This document shows positions 1 to 9,873 of a stretch of DNA of 64,000 bases, piece by piece. The DNA is from a virus (taxonomy: Duplodnaviria > Heunggongvirae > Uroviricota > Caudoviricetes), in the IMG/VR virus record IMGVR_UViG_3300027963_000034, positions 58,552 through 122,551 of that record; one strand, 5' to 3'. A program made the position numbers and the translations under genes. Under the pieces are notes generated by a model. The model was not told the origin of the DNA. It did no database searches and worked only from the letters and a program-made list of their open reading frames with translations. Within the stretch, counting starts at the first letter, position 1; each line of letters begins with the position of its first letter.

Positions 1-503
1 ACATCCTTTTTAGTTGGAGGTGTGATTGCAAATGATTGGCACCTACTTTGTATCGGGTCAATAATCTTCTCAATGTAATTACAAGTCAAAATGAATCTAC
101 AATGTTTAGAGAATGTTTCCATTAAGTTACGAAGGATTGCCTGTGCGTTTGGGGTCATATAATCAAACTCATCTAAAATGATAATTTTGAAACCTGCAAA
201 ACCAACTGATGATGCGAAATTTTTAACTTTTGTTCTGACGGTATCCACATTATTTTCATCTGATGCATTGATAATCATACTATCACATTTAATTGTATTT
301 ACTATTAGTTTAGCAAGTGTGGTCTTACCAGTGCCTGCTTTACCATAAAACAACAAATGGGGAATATCATTTGTATCTAAATATTGTTGAATAGTTTCTT
401 TTACCACTTCATTTCCAACATAATCTGCTAAAGTTTGTGGGCGGTATTTTTCCACCCACAAGCTATGCTCTTTTTTATTATTTTCGTTTGCGAAAAAACT
501 CAT
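1..503 (-). CDS. Sliding-clamp loader ATPase subunit (T4 gp44/RFC small subunit-like), 3' end outside window
   Basis: Not in ORF track. Manual translation from ATG at 503 gives MSFFANENNKKEHSLWVEKYRPQTL, Walker A GKAGTGKTT, INASDE and Walker B ILDEFD. Confidence 0.93.
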   Translation of the reverse strand, partial: MSFFANENNKKEHSLWVEKYRPQTLADYVGNEVVKETIQQYLDTNDIPHLLFYGKAGTGKTTLAKLIVNTIKCDSMIINASDENNVDTVRTKVKNFASSVGFAGFKIIILDEFDYMTPNAQAILRNLMETFSKHCRFILTCNYIEKIIDPIQSRCQSFAITPPTKKD

Positions 504-504
504 A

Positions 505-927
505 TTATATATATTTTCCAGTTGAGCCGAATCCACCTTCGCCTCTTTCTGTATTAGATAATTCTTCTACCTCTTCAAAATCAATTTCAGGATAAGGTAT
601 AATCATAAGTTGTGCACCTCTTTCTCCGATATTGTATTTATTTAAACCAGATTTTTTAAATGTAGCTTGTAACTCACCTCTATATCCACTATCAATTACA
701 CCAACGGAATTACTAAGTGTTAAATCGGTTTTACGAATGGAAGATCGTGGAAATACTAATCCTACAAATCCTTTTGGAATTTCAATTGCAATACCAAATC
801 CATATGTAATATCATATGTATTTTCTAATTTGATATCCGTTATAACCAAATCCATACCCGCATCTCCATCTTTTGCATATGATGGAATTATTGCGTTTTT
901 ATTAAGCTTCTTTATTTTTACTTTCAT
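505..927 (-). CDS. dut: dUTPase (trimeric)
   Basis: Motifs AGMDL, PRSS, GVIDSGYRGE, AQL, RGEGGFGSTG. Likely start MKVKIKKL at 927 rather than 996. Confidence 0.95.
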   Translation of the reverse strand: MKVKIKKLNKNAIIPSYAKDGDAGMDLVITDIKLENTYDITYGFGIAIEIPKGFVGLVFPRSSIRKTDLTLSNSVGVIDSGYRGELQATFKKSGLNKYNIGERGAQLMIIPYPEIDFEEVEELSNTERGEGGFGSTGKYI

Positions 928-1207
928 TTTGTTCTGCTCTTTGTTTTTTTGTTTCTTCTGTAATTTGTCTTGGGAAGATTCTAAATACCATTTCATTTTG
1001 TTGGAAATTCAATCCTTCACCTTGATTTGGTTCTAATTGTAAAGTCAAAGGACTAGGTTCTTCACCTTCATTTGACCATGCAAATACAATTGGTTCGTTG
1101 TTAAAAAATTGGAAACACCATTCTGCATCTGCAATAGGTTGTGCTTCTGGAATATTTACCTCTTGTTGTAATTCCTCTTGTGGGAATAATTCTAATTGTT
1201 CACTCAT
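902..1207 (-). CDS. Hypothetical protein
   Basis: 101 aa ORF, ATG start, promoter-like motif directly upstream. Confidence 0.7.
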   Translation of the reverse strand: MSEQLELFPQEELQQEVNIPEAQPIADAEWCFQFFNNEPIVFAWSNEGEEPSPLTLQLEPNQGEGLNFQQNEMVFRIFPRQITEETKKQRAEQNESKNKEA

Positions 1208-1222
1208 TTTTATTTATTTTAT

Positions 1223-1254
1223 TTAATATACGATTATTTTTTTAAAATACCAAG
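1223..1254 (-). promoter_or_regulatory. Bacteroidota sigma70-type promoter (-33/-7)
   Basis: Minus strand CTTG-N20-TATATTAA upstream of ORF starting at 1207. Confidence 0.55.
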
Positions 1255-1986
1255 CTTTTCTATGTGATTATACAATCTTTGAGCATATTCTTTATTTTCT
1301 AAATATGTTGCGTGTTGGTGTGTATCTTTTAGGGGAGGATAATTTCCATCGAATCTATTTTCATCTTTATAATCAGTTCCCACAAATGTCCCATTCCATA
1401 AAAATGGTATACCCATATCTTTTAAATAATATGTAATTAATAAATGGTTTTTATACCAATTCATTAAATCATTTTGTTCGTTTGAAGAACTTACGATACC
1501 AGCCCATTCTAGTCTACCTTCTCTATCTTCATCAAAATATCCCCAAGGGTTTGGATGATATGGTTCTATTCCACCATTTTCAGTATAATATTCCTTTTTA
1601 TTTGGGTAAGTATACATAATTAAAATCAAATCTGGTTTAAATTCATTTGCGTATGTTAAAACACTTCTAGCTATATAATCATTACTCCTACCACTAATTC
1701 CTAAATTAATATCAACAGAATTGGATATTAATGATGATAATTGCGCCGGCCAGGTTTGGTGGTCATATACATCTATACCTTCGGTATGAGAACAGCCAAC
1801 ACTCATTATTTTAAATCCTTTCTTTTTTGGAGAAGCTCCCCTAAATCCTAATTCATTAAAATTATATGTAGCCTTTCCTTTATCGGAGCCATTTCCAATA
1901 AATTCTTTATTTCTTCTTTCATGTAACCTCCATTTGAATGTTGCAATATCAAATGTTAATGGTTTCCAAAACTTTAATCCTTTCAT
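1234..1986 (-). CDS. SGNH/GDSL-hydrolase-like protein
   Basis: GCSHTEG (block I-like), NLGISGRSN (block II-like), C-terminal DTHQH. Confidence 0.6.
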   Translation of the reverse strand: MKGLKFWKPLTFDIATFKWRLHERRNKEFIGNGSDKGKATYNFNELGFRGASPKKKGFKIMSVGCSHTEGIDVYDHQTWPAQLSSLISNSVDINLGISGRSNDYIARSVLTYANEFKPDLILIMYTYPNKKEYYTENGGIEPYHPNPWGYFDEDREGRLEWAGIVSSSNEQNDLMNWYKNHLLITYYLKDMGIPFLWNGTFVGTDYKDENRFDGNYPPLKDTHQHATYLENKEYAQRLYNHIEKLGILKK

Positions 1987-1988
1987 AA

Positions 1989-4544
1989 TTAAAAACTAAA
2001 AAACTTTTTTGCAGTTTGAGCTTCAGTTGATGCTTTTTCCCATTTTAATGCGGTATAAAAATCATCTAACTTATTTTCTAATTCTGCTTTAAATATCATA
2101 TCTCTATCAATATATTTTTCAATAAAATCCATAATCTCATTAGGGTCATTATAATCTTTAAAAGCCAACCCTTCTAATCCTAATGGGTTATTTCTTAAAT
2201 ATACCCACTTAACTTTATCACCATCTCTAATTGGTTCATTCTTAAATGGACAATTAAAGAATTTTAATAATCGGTTATATGCAATTCCGGCTTTAACATG
2301 GGCAGGTGTTCCTTTCTCAAATAACCCAACAGGCTTACCTCTTTCCCATTTACCATTATCATACTTACTTAATTCTTTGATTGCTCCACTCTTTGCTATT
2401 TTGTTTACAGGCAAAGTAATCATACTCTTTTTGAACTCTAATAATTTTGTATCAACATATTCATTATCTTTACCCATAAGAATATCTTTCAACATACCAC
2501 TCATATAATCTTGGAATGCTTTGGGAAATGATGAACGAACTACATCTAAACCTTTAACATCTAACTTATCACATTTGATGCCATTCTTTAATACCATCCA
2601 TTGTGCATATCTTTTCTTTGCTACCCAAAATCCCGCTTTACTGATATATTCCTTTTTGATTTCAAATCTATGTTTTTCTTTTGGTATAAAAAAGAATCTT
2701 TCAGCAAGTATATCATAAAATTTATTTAAAAAAGATTGAGTTTCTTCTGCTATTATATTAACTTCCTGTGCCATTCTTTCTTCATCAAATTCTTTATATT
2801 CTGGGTATCTATGCTTTACCAATGGTTCTGCCATCATATAAATTGAATCAGTGTCAATATACACATTGTAATCTTCTTTTGTATTTAATTCTTTCCAATA
2901 TTTTATATTAGCCATTTCAGCCGTTTTTTTAATAACCGTCTGACCGGTAATAGTAACTGCTTCGGCGTTATCTATATCATAAAAACGAAATGCCGGTAAA
3001 CCTAACACACCATACATTGAGTTCAATAGAATTTTTTGTACCAATTGTCTTTTTGCGTAAAAATCATATTTTTCAGTATCACCTGCTTCTCCGTATTTTT
3101 TTTCTAACTTACGGAATTCAACTCTTTGTTTAAACCATGTATCTAAAATATCTGCAATCAATCCGGGTTTGTCTTGTGTATAAAGAACTCCGTTTGCAGC
3201 TACACCCAAATTACTATCTTTAATAACTTCTTTTAGTTCCTGAGTCGTATATTCGTATTTATCACCATCCTTGCCAATTAACTTATAAGTTGTATCTAAT
3301 CCTTTGATGTTTGCCTCTGCGTCCCAATTTTCAATCTTACCAACCTTTGTTTCAGGTGAGATGTTTAGAGTCATAATAATTGATGGATATAGTGATGTTA
3401 AATCCAAATCATAAATCCAATCATACTTTCCAACAATCGGTTCTTTTACATATGCACCGATAAACTTCTCCTGGTCGTTATCTCTCAATGCTTGCATTCT
3501 TTCTTTTCTATCCTTTGGTTTATTTGGGGCTACTAATCCTTTTTTCTTGAGATATGCTAAACAAGCTCCTTCTAAATATTTTGAAGAGTATATATAATCC
3601 TCGTATGGTACAAATCCGGCGTGACAAATCGCTCTACACAAATCTACGAATTGAAGTTTTTCATCCATTGCTACAACTAAGTCTACATCGACAATATTAT
3701 ATTCAATAAACTTTTCTAAGTCATTTTCAAACAAATCATCCAAACTTCCTTCATACTCAATCTTACCTCTACCCAATTCTTTTGTTGCGATGTGGTTCAA
3801 TGTATATGAACTTTCTAAACCATAATTATAGTTTTTATATAAGTTGATATAATCTAAAATAGATACACCACCAAAACTCCATTTATTTCTATAAGGTGAA
3901 TAAAAGGTTTGACCTATTGGAGATAATCTTTTTGCATGACCTTCGCCACATACATTTTTGATACGATTGTAAAGATATGGGATATCAAAGAAATCTATAT
4001 TCCATCCTGTAAGAATAGACGGGTTAATTTCTTCGTAATAGTTAAGAAATGCAAGTAATAAATTTTTCTCGTTATCGTAAATGTGAACAGCAACTTCTCT
4101 CCCATCTTTACTAAATGTTTTTCCATTATTTTTAATTTTTTTAGTTTTATCTAAAACAAATACATCAAATAATTTTGTAGCCCCATCGTGAGATGCGATG
4201 GCTGTTATTTCATTTTCTGCTTTTTCGGTACTTGGTAGTCCTGATATCATTTCTACCTCAATATCAAAAGTCATTACTCTATGACCTGTTGATGGTAAAT
4301 CCGAATCATACATATCAACTAATACTCTCGTTGTTTCAGGAACATCAGATTCAAATAAATCTTCTGCGTCATCTTTTTCCCATTTACTAATTCTAGTTAA
4401 ACGGTCACCATTCATTGAAAGGTGTTGACCCGATTGGTCTTTCTTATACGCATACTTTCGGTATGGTAATGTAAAATATCCCTTCGTGTCGTCCCATAAA
4501 TGAATTAAATTCTTCTGCCTCTCGTAAAATATATTTTGATACAT
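1989..4544 (-). CDS. Family B DNA polymerase (T4 gp43-like)
   Basis: Exo motifs FDIE, GWNIDFFD, YNIVD; Pol motifs DLTSLYPS, KILLNSMYG, YIDTDS, KKRY. Confidence 0.97.
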   Translation of the reverse strand: MYQNIFYERQKNLIHLWDDTKGYFTLPYRKYAYKKDQSGQHLSMNGDRLTRISKWEKDDAEDLFESDVPETTRVLVDMYDSDLPSTGHRVMTFDIEVEMISGLPSTEKAENEITAIASHDGATKLFDVFVLDKTKKIKNNGKTFSKDGREVAVHIYDNEKNLLLAFLNYYEEINPSILTGWNIDFFDIPYLYNRIKNVCGEGHAKRLSPIGQTFYSPYRNKWSFGGVSILDYINLYKNYNYGLESSYTLNHIATKELGRGKIEYEGSLDDLFENDLEKFIEYNIVDVDLVVAMDEKLQFVDLCRAICHAGFVPYEDYIYSSKYLEGACLAYLKKKGLVAPNKPKDRKERMQALRDNDQEKFIGAYVKEPIVGKYDWIYDLDLTSLYPSIIMTLNISPETKVGKIENWDAEANIKGLDTTYKLIGKDGDKYEYTTQELKEVIKDSNLGVAANGVLYTQDKPGLIADILDTWFKQRVEFRKLEKKYGEAGDTEKYDFYAKRQLVQKILLNSMYGVLGLPAFRFYDIDNAEAVTITGQTVIKKTAEMANIKYWKELNTKEDYNVYIDTDSIYMMAEPLVKHRYPEYKEFDEERMAQEVNIIAEETQSFLNKFYDILAERFFFIPKEKHRFEIKKEYISKAGFWVAKKRYAQWMVLKNGIKCDKLDVKGLDVVRSSFPKAFQDYMSGMLKDILMGKDNEYVDTKLLEFKKSMITLPVNKIAKSGAIKELSKYDNGKWERGKPVGLFEKGTPAHVKAGIAYNRLLKFFNCPFKNEPIRDGDKVKWVYLRNNPLGLEGLAFKDYNDPNEIMDFIEKYIDRDMIFKAELENKLDDFYTALKWEKASTEAQTAKKFFSF

Positions 4545-4552
4545 ACATTGTT

Positions 4553-6124
4553 TTATGGTTTATAAAATATAAAGATTGGTTCGTATTTATACGATTGCCC
4601 TTCTATCTTCATACTATTCTTTGCTTTTGATAAATCCATCCCCGTCATTGGACTCATTGTCATTCTTAATTTTCCTTTATATTCACATCCTAATTCAGTT
4701 AGGATATCGATACTATCTTGCTCCAAAGTAAAAAATTTATCAGGTCCTACTTTTATATCAGCAATATTCCAGCAAATGTATCTATCATTTTTAAGATATT
4801 CAAATGCGGTTGTTAGAGTAGGTCTTAAAAAGCCATCTCTCCAACTTTCATATGAATTAAATTTCTTAAAAGATTGCGTTTCATCATCCGAATATCTTTC
4901 TCTATCAAAATATGGTGGTGAAGTAAATACAAAATCTAATTTACCTTTATACTTTTGGAATCTTTCATCTAAATGAATAATTTCCGAACCTGTTGTAAAA
5001 ATTTCATAACTATTTGCATGTCCCCAAAATGGGTTTGATGCTCCAGGTACTTTATTATTAAAAAATTCTGCAAGATATTCGTATCTAGTTTTACCAATTT
5101 CAGGTATTTGATTTTCTGTATTAGGGTCATTTCCTATGTAATGTATATTCCTATCATCGACACTTAATGCACCTAAAATTCTCCCACCCCATCCAGCCGA
5201 TGGGTCGTAAATATTAATCTGCTTTTGGTCTTTAATATGATTTGTAAATCTTTGATAAAGATATTTTGCAGTTAATGGTGGAAAATTTACTGCTGCTTGC
5301 GTTCCCATACCAATACGGAATGCCGCAGTAGCTTCAGGAAATATAGTTTGTCCTAATGGGTAGATTTTAATTTGAATTGGTTGTTTTGTAATCTCATATA
5401 AATTATCAATATTTTCACCCCAATCTGCGGTTTTAAGTGACGATATATTTTCATATTTTAATATTCCCGCTTTATAAAGGTCTTTAACTTCTTGCGCGGT
5501 TATTGGTGGTGAAGGAACTTTACTATCAGCCTGTGATAAACAAAATGAATGTCCTTCCAAATTATCACCTTCTACCCACTTTTCAATCCACTCTTTACCA
5601 CTTTGTATATGTGAATTATGAAATTCAGGATTACCCAAATGTAATGTTTTAGAAAAACGATACATACCATCTTGCCTAGTTAACCTATTCATTTGTTTGA
5701 TAAATTCGGGAAGATACGCATCATTCGAAAACACATCGTAAATAGATGGTTTTGGTTTATCGTAAGTAGAACCACCGATTCCTGTTTTATACATTGCAGG
5801 AAAGAATTGATTTACAGGAGTAGCAAATTTATTAAAGTTAAAGATGACTTCATTTCCTTCGTCATCTTTTTCTTCAAATTCATTTACCTTATAAGTTTGC
5901 AGTCTAGAAAATTGTTCAATCATTTCACTTTCATCAACCCCAATTCTTGGAGGTGCTCCGGTTTCATTCCATTTTCTAACTGCTAATTCACGAAAGAATG
6001 CCACCCACTCTCCAAACTTTGGAAATGGCATTTTAAGAACATCCTCGTATTTTAAGTTTACTTCTGGAGAGTAAATCCAATCGTTCTTTTCGTAAAAATA
6101 TTTTTTAGGATAATTAAAACTCAT
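4553..6124 (-). CDS. DNA amino-methyltransferase-like protein (N4-C/N6-A type), paralogue 3
   Basis: Motif I YDPSAGWGGR, motif IV FTSPPYF, NIAD, C-terminal YEPIFIF. Confidence 0.8.
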   Translation of the reverse strand: MSFNYPKKYFYEKNDWIYSPEVNLKYEDVLKMPFPKFGEWVAFFRELAVRKWNETGAPPRIGVDESEMIEQFSRLQTYKVNEFEEKDDEGNEVIFNFNKFATPVNQFFPAMYKTGIGGSTYDKPKPSIYDVFSNDAYLPEFIKQMNRLTRQDGMYRFSKTLHLGNPEFHNSHIQSGKEWIEKWVEGDNLEGHSFCLSQADSKVPSPPITAQEVKDLYKAGILKYENISSLKTADWGENIDNLYEITKQPIQIKIYPLGQTIFPEATAAFRIGMGTQAAVNFPPLTAKYLYQRFTNHIKDQKQINIYDPSAGWGGRILGALSVDDRNIHYIGNDPNTENQIPEIGKTRYEYLAEFFNNKVPGASNPFWGHANSYEIFTTGSEIIHLDERFQKYKGKLDFVFTSPPYFDRERYSDDETQSFKKFNSYESWRDGFLRPTLTTAFEYLKNDRYICWNIADIKVGPDKFFTLEQDSIDILTELGCEYKGKLRMTMSPMTGMDLSKAKNSMKIEGQSYKYEPIFIFYKP

Positions 6125-6843
6125 TATGCAGTTAATTGTACTTCAACTAAATAATATTTTGCAGTAAAGTCATCAATTTTAAATTCAACGTGGGCTAGGC
6201 CAGATGTTGAAACTTTCAATACAACCGATGTTGCTTCTTTATTTGCTGTTAAAATTTCTTTTAAGTATTTTGCTGAAAAAGAAATTGGTTTAATTTCGTT
6301 TGTAAAACTCTTATCAACTGAAAATACAATTCTATTTGAGTTTACATTTGAATAACCTAATACAATTTTTAATTCACCATTCTCGGTTAAGACAGTAAAT
6401 GTATCAACTTCGCTTAATGCGTTTTTAGCTTTGATGAACTTTTCAATAAACTTACCATCAAATCCAATGTTTACATCGAAATCAGGAAGTTTTTTCAAAT
6501 CCGGAACCGAAGGGATTACTGCTAAATCCGCTAATTGAAATTGTAATTTAGTGTCATCACTTTTAATTACTAAATTAACCGATTTGCCATCAATTTGTTG
6601 AGTTTCTAATTCAATATCATCACCGGCTACCGATAATAACTTTGATAACGCAGATGTGGTATACACACCCAATTCTGGAGATGTAAATGTGAAATTATCT
6701 AATTCAATTTCACCTAAAACTGTCTTATCATCAGAGATAAAACGAGTTATTAATTTGTTATCACCTGCTTTCCAAGCAACTGATTCTACTAATCCTGCCA
6801 AACTATACTTTTGGATGAATCGTGTAACTTTTGTTTTGTTCAT
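6124..6843 (-). CDS. Sliding clamp (gp45/PCNA-like)
   Basis: 239 aa, two-domain size, FSAKYL and C-terminal AKYYLV similar to PCNA/gp45; near PolB and the clamp loader. Confidence 0.75.
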   Translation of the reverse strand: MNKTKVTRFIQKYSLAGLVESVAWKAGDNKLITRFISDDKTVLGEIELDNFTFTSPELGVYTTSALSKLLSVAGDDIELETQQIDGKSVNLVIKSDDTKLQFQLADLAVIPSVPDLKKLPDFDVNIGFDGKFIEKFIKAKNALSEVDTFTVLTENGELKIVLGYSNVNSNRIVFSVDKSFTNEIKPISFSAKYLKEILTANKEATSVVLKVSTSGLAHVEFKIDDFTAKYYLVEVQLTA

Positions 6844-6871
6844 ATTTTTTTGTTTTAAATTTTATGTTTGT

Positions 6872-6903
6872 TAAATATACTACTTTTTTTTTATAATACC
6901 AAA
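6872..6903 (-). promoter_or_regulatory. Bacteroidota sigma70-type promoter
   Basis: Minus strand TTTG-N20-TATATTTA upstream of clamp gene. Confidence 0.65.
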
Positions 6904-8121
6904 TTATATTTTTTTCCAAATCCAAATGGGTTCACCAAATGCATTATTTTTATTGAGTTCTGTTTTTTCTTTAAGTTCTTCTGCAAAATATTCAGATTTA
7001 GCATTTCCTGCACCGCCGGAATTAAACCTTTTTGTCATTTCCATTCCAATACAACCCATATATTCTAATCCCTCTGATTTAATAAAGTCATTCATAGCAT
7101 TTACAATATCAACATACCCCTTATCTGGTGCTGAAAATACATCTGCAATATTAACGGCTAATAACCCACCCTTCTTTAAGGTAGGGATTATTTTTTTAAT
7201 TGTTTTATGTAGGAAATTAGTATTCCAGTCATCTATCTTTTTATAGCGTAAATAACTTTGAGTATCATGTGTGGAATACTTTTCAGTATTGAAGTATGGA
7301 GGTGAAGTGAAGATTGTATCAAAAAAGTTTTCATATTTGGAATAATCCACATCTTCTGCCGGTAACTTTATTAGTTCCACAGTTTTAGGATTTTCAAAAA
7401 ATGTTTTGTGTTTCTGATAAAATTCTATTTGGTTTTCATAATTTGGGTGATTATCTAAATTAGGGTCAATGCCCACATAATGTTTACCCGTTTCACTTGC
7501 AAAGAACCCACATAACCTATCACCCCAACCTGCGGAAAAATCTAATACATTCTCACTCTGAAATCTGTCATAAAATGCTTTAGCGATTACAGGTTTAAAT
7601 TGGGATGCTACATACTTTCTTAATGTAGTAGCCATCTTTAGTGTTTCCTTATTTACATCAGTTAGGACTTGTTCCAATGTGAAGAATGCCCGAACTATGG
7701 TTTTTATACCATTAACTGTCTGCCATGTCTTCCAACCTGATGGTGTTCTTGACCAATCTACCTTCCATCGATTTTCTATGTGGAATGGATTAGATGCGTT
7801 ATTACCAACATTCGTTCTTTTAAAATAGTAATTACTACTATCAAATGTAAGTGGATATGTAGATTCCCTTTCATTACGCGGAAACCATTCTCCTTCCACT
7901 AAAATATCCGGCCACCAAGTACCCTTTAACTTTTTATATGCATCAATAGTTTCTTGTTCTGTAATAATAGGAATAGGTGGTGGATAAGTATGTAATACTT
8001 CTGATAATGTTTCTACTATCTCTTCCTTTTCAAATGTATTTAGTATATGTTTCCACTCCTCCTTATCAATATTGATATAGGGGGTCATTCCATAAAACTT
8101 TTTGAAATATTCTTTTATCAT
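6904..8121 (-). CDS. DNA amino-methyltransferase-like protein, paralogue 2
   Basis: SQFKP, LDFSAGWGDR, GIDP, FTSPPYF, NIAD, EPIWIW. Likely start MIKEYF at 8121. Confidence 0.82.
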   Translation of the reverse strand: MIKEYFKKFYGMTPYINIDKEEWKHILNTFEKEEIVETLSEVLHTYPPPIPIITEQETIDAYKKLKGTWWPDILVEGEWFPRNERESTYPLTFDSSNYYFKRTNVGNNASNPFHIENRWKVDWSRTPSGWKTWQTVNGIKTIVRAFFTLEQVLTDVNKETLKMATTLRKYVASQFKPVIAKAFYDRFQSENVLDFSAGWGDRLCGFFASETGKHYVGIDPNLDNHPNYENQIEFYQKHKTFFENPKTVELIKLPAEDVDYSKYENFFDTIFTSPPYFNTEKYSTHDTQSYLRYKKIDDWNTNFLHKTIKKIIPTLKKGGLLAVNIADVFSAPDKGYVDIVNAMNDFIKSEGLEYMGCIGMEMTKRFNSGGAGNAKSEYFAEELKEKTELNKNNAFGEPIWIWKKI

Positions 8122-8125
8122 TAAA

Positions 8126-9355
8126 TTATATTTTTCTCCAAATCCAAACCGGTTCACAAAATGTTTTATCTGCAGCTTCTCTTGCTTTTTCTAAAGCCTC
8201 TTCGGTATATCTTCCTTCATCACCTTCTATTATTGAGGCAGCTCCTGCACTACCAGGTCTTTTGGCCATTTCCATACCCAAACATCCTTCATATTCAGCG
8301 CCTAATGTTGAAATAAAATCATTCATTGGGTTACATATTTCTTTATATCCCTTACCATCTCCTTGTGAACTAGCGTATACATCTGCTATATTAATGGCTA
8401 GATATCCTCCTTTCTTGATTGTTGGCCAAACATTTGAAATTGCTTTATGTAAAAATAATTTATTCCAATCATCTATATTTTTATATCTTACCCAACTTTG
8501 AGTATCATCATATGAGTATCGTTCTACATTAAAATATGGAGGTGAACTGAATACAATATCAAAATGCTCATTATACATTGATAAATCGGCATCTTCCGCC
8601 GGTGATTCTATAAAATCAGCTTTCTTTTCAGTTTCAAAAAATCCATTATGTTTTGTATAAAACTCAGCCTGTTGTTTATAAATTGGATGATTTTCTTTTC
8701 TAGGGTCTATCCCAACATAGTGTTTGCCCTTTTCACTGGCAAAAAACCCACACATCCTATCTCCCCAACCTGCCGATATGTCTAATACATTTTCACATTC
8801 TAAATAATCATATAAAGCTTTCGCAACATTAGGTTTAAATTGAGAACATATATACTTTCTCAAACTTAAACATACTCTCAAAGCTGCTTTATCTATTTTA
8901 TCAAATTTAAGAGTATATAATCCACCCATTAAAGTTGTCATGAATTCTTTACTTTCCCAAGTTCTTTTAGGACCTGGAGAAACTGTCCCATCAACACTCC
9001 AACGATTTGCTTGTTGAAAAAAATTAGATGCTTCATTTCCAGTATTTAATCTTCTAACATATTGTTGTTTACCTCTAAATGATAGAGGATAATTACTTTC
9101 TGATGCTTTTCTTGGAAACCATTCACCTTCGGTAAATAATTCATGCCATCTCGTTCCTTTTAATTTAAGATATTCTTTTCTGGCTTCATCCTCGGTTATT
9201 TCAGCATATGGTAAAGAATATTCCATACAAACATCAGATAGTGAATCTTTTACATCTTCCCTATTAAATGTTTCTTTTATATATGACCACTCACTCTCAT
9301 TTATATGAAGGTATGGTGTCATATTTTTAAATTTATCAAAATATTCTAAATACAT
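8126..9355 (-). CDS. DNA amino-methyltransferase-like protein, paralogue 1
   Basis: SQFKP, LDISAGWGDR, GIDP, FSSPPYF, NIAD, EPVWIW; colinear with the adjacent paralogue. Confidence 0.82.
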   Translation of the reverse strand: MYLEYFDKFKNMTPYLHINESEWSYIKETFNREDVKDSLSDVCMEYSLPYAEITEDEARKEYLKLKGTRWHELFTEGEWFPRKASESNYPLSFRGKQQYVRRLNTGNEASNFFQQANRWSVDGTVSPGPKRTWESKEFMTTLMGGLYTLKFDKIDKAALRVCLSLRKYICSQFKPNVAKALYDYLECENVLDISAGWGDRMCGFFASEKGKHYVGIDPRKENHPIYKQQAEFYTKHNGFFETEKKADFIESPAEDADLSMYNEHFDIVFSSPPYFNVERYSYDDTQSWVRYKNIDDWNKLFLHKAISNVWPTIKKGGYLAINIADVYASSQGDGKGYKEICNPMNDFISTLGAEYEGCLGMEMAKRPGSAGAASIIEGDEGRYTEEALEKAREAADKTFCEPVWIWRKI

Positions 9356-9873
9356 ACTGTCTCAATATTTTTATCAGCAACCAATCTTAATCTAAAAACT
9401 ATTCCAGGAATAACTCCATCTTTTTTACTTGTCCAAAATATATCAGAATCTTTTACAAATCCATTTCTATAATAGAAATTAACTGCTTTATCATTATACT
9501 TCCTAACCGTCAAAAACAAATTTTCTGCATGTTGTGATTTACAATATTGTATAAAATCATTTAAAACTATTTTAGCGTTTCCATTGTGTTGGTCTATATT
9601 CGCAATTTGATGCAATATATAATCTCCTTTCTTTTTATAAGTAGTAGCGTTTCTACTCATTTTACCATTACTACCATATCTACCAAAGGTAACCACAACA
9701 CCATCTTGTAGTATTAATCCACCTTTTTCAATATATTTTTCCAGCTTAAAACTTTGTTTATACAAGTGTGGAAATATTTCTGGATACAAATCAATAATTG
9801 TAGAGGCTTGATTTAATGCCTCTATCATTTCAGTTGTACCTTTTTCTGCTTTTATAAAATTAAGCATATTCAA
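9346..9873 (-). CDS. GNAT-family acetyltransferase
   Basis: LHQIA...QHNGNAK (motif A-like) and LTVRKYNDKAVNFYYRNGF (motif B). Confidence 0.8.
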   Translation of the reverse strand: MNMLNFIKAEKGTTEMIEALNQASTIIDLYPEIFPHLYKQSFKLEKYIEKGGLILQDGVVVTFGRYGSNGKMSRNATTYKKKGDYILHQIANIDQHNGNAKIVLNDFIQYCKSQHAENLFLTVRKYNDKAVNFYYRNGFVKDSDIFWTSKKDGVIPGIVFRLRLVADKNIETVCI

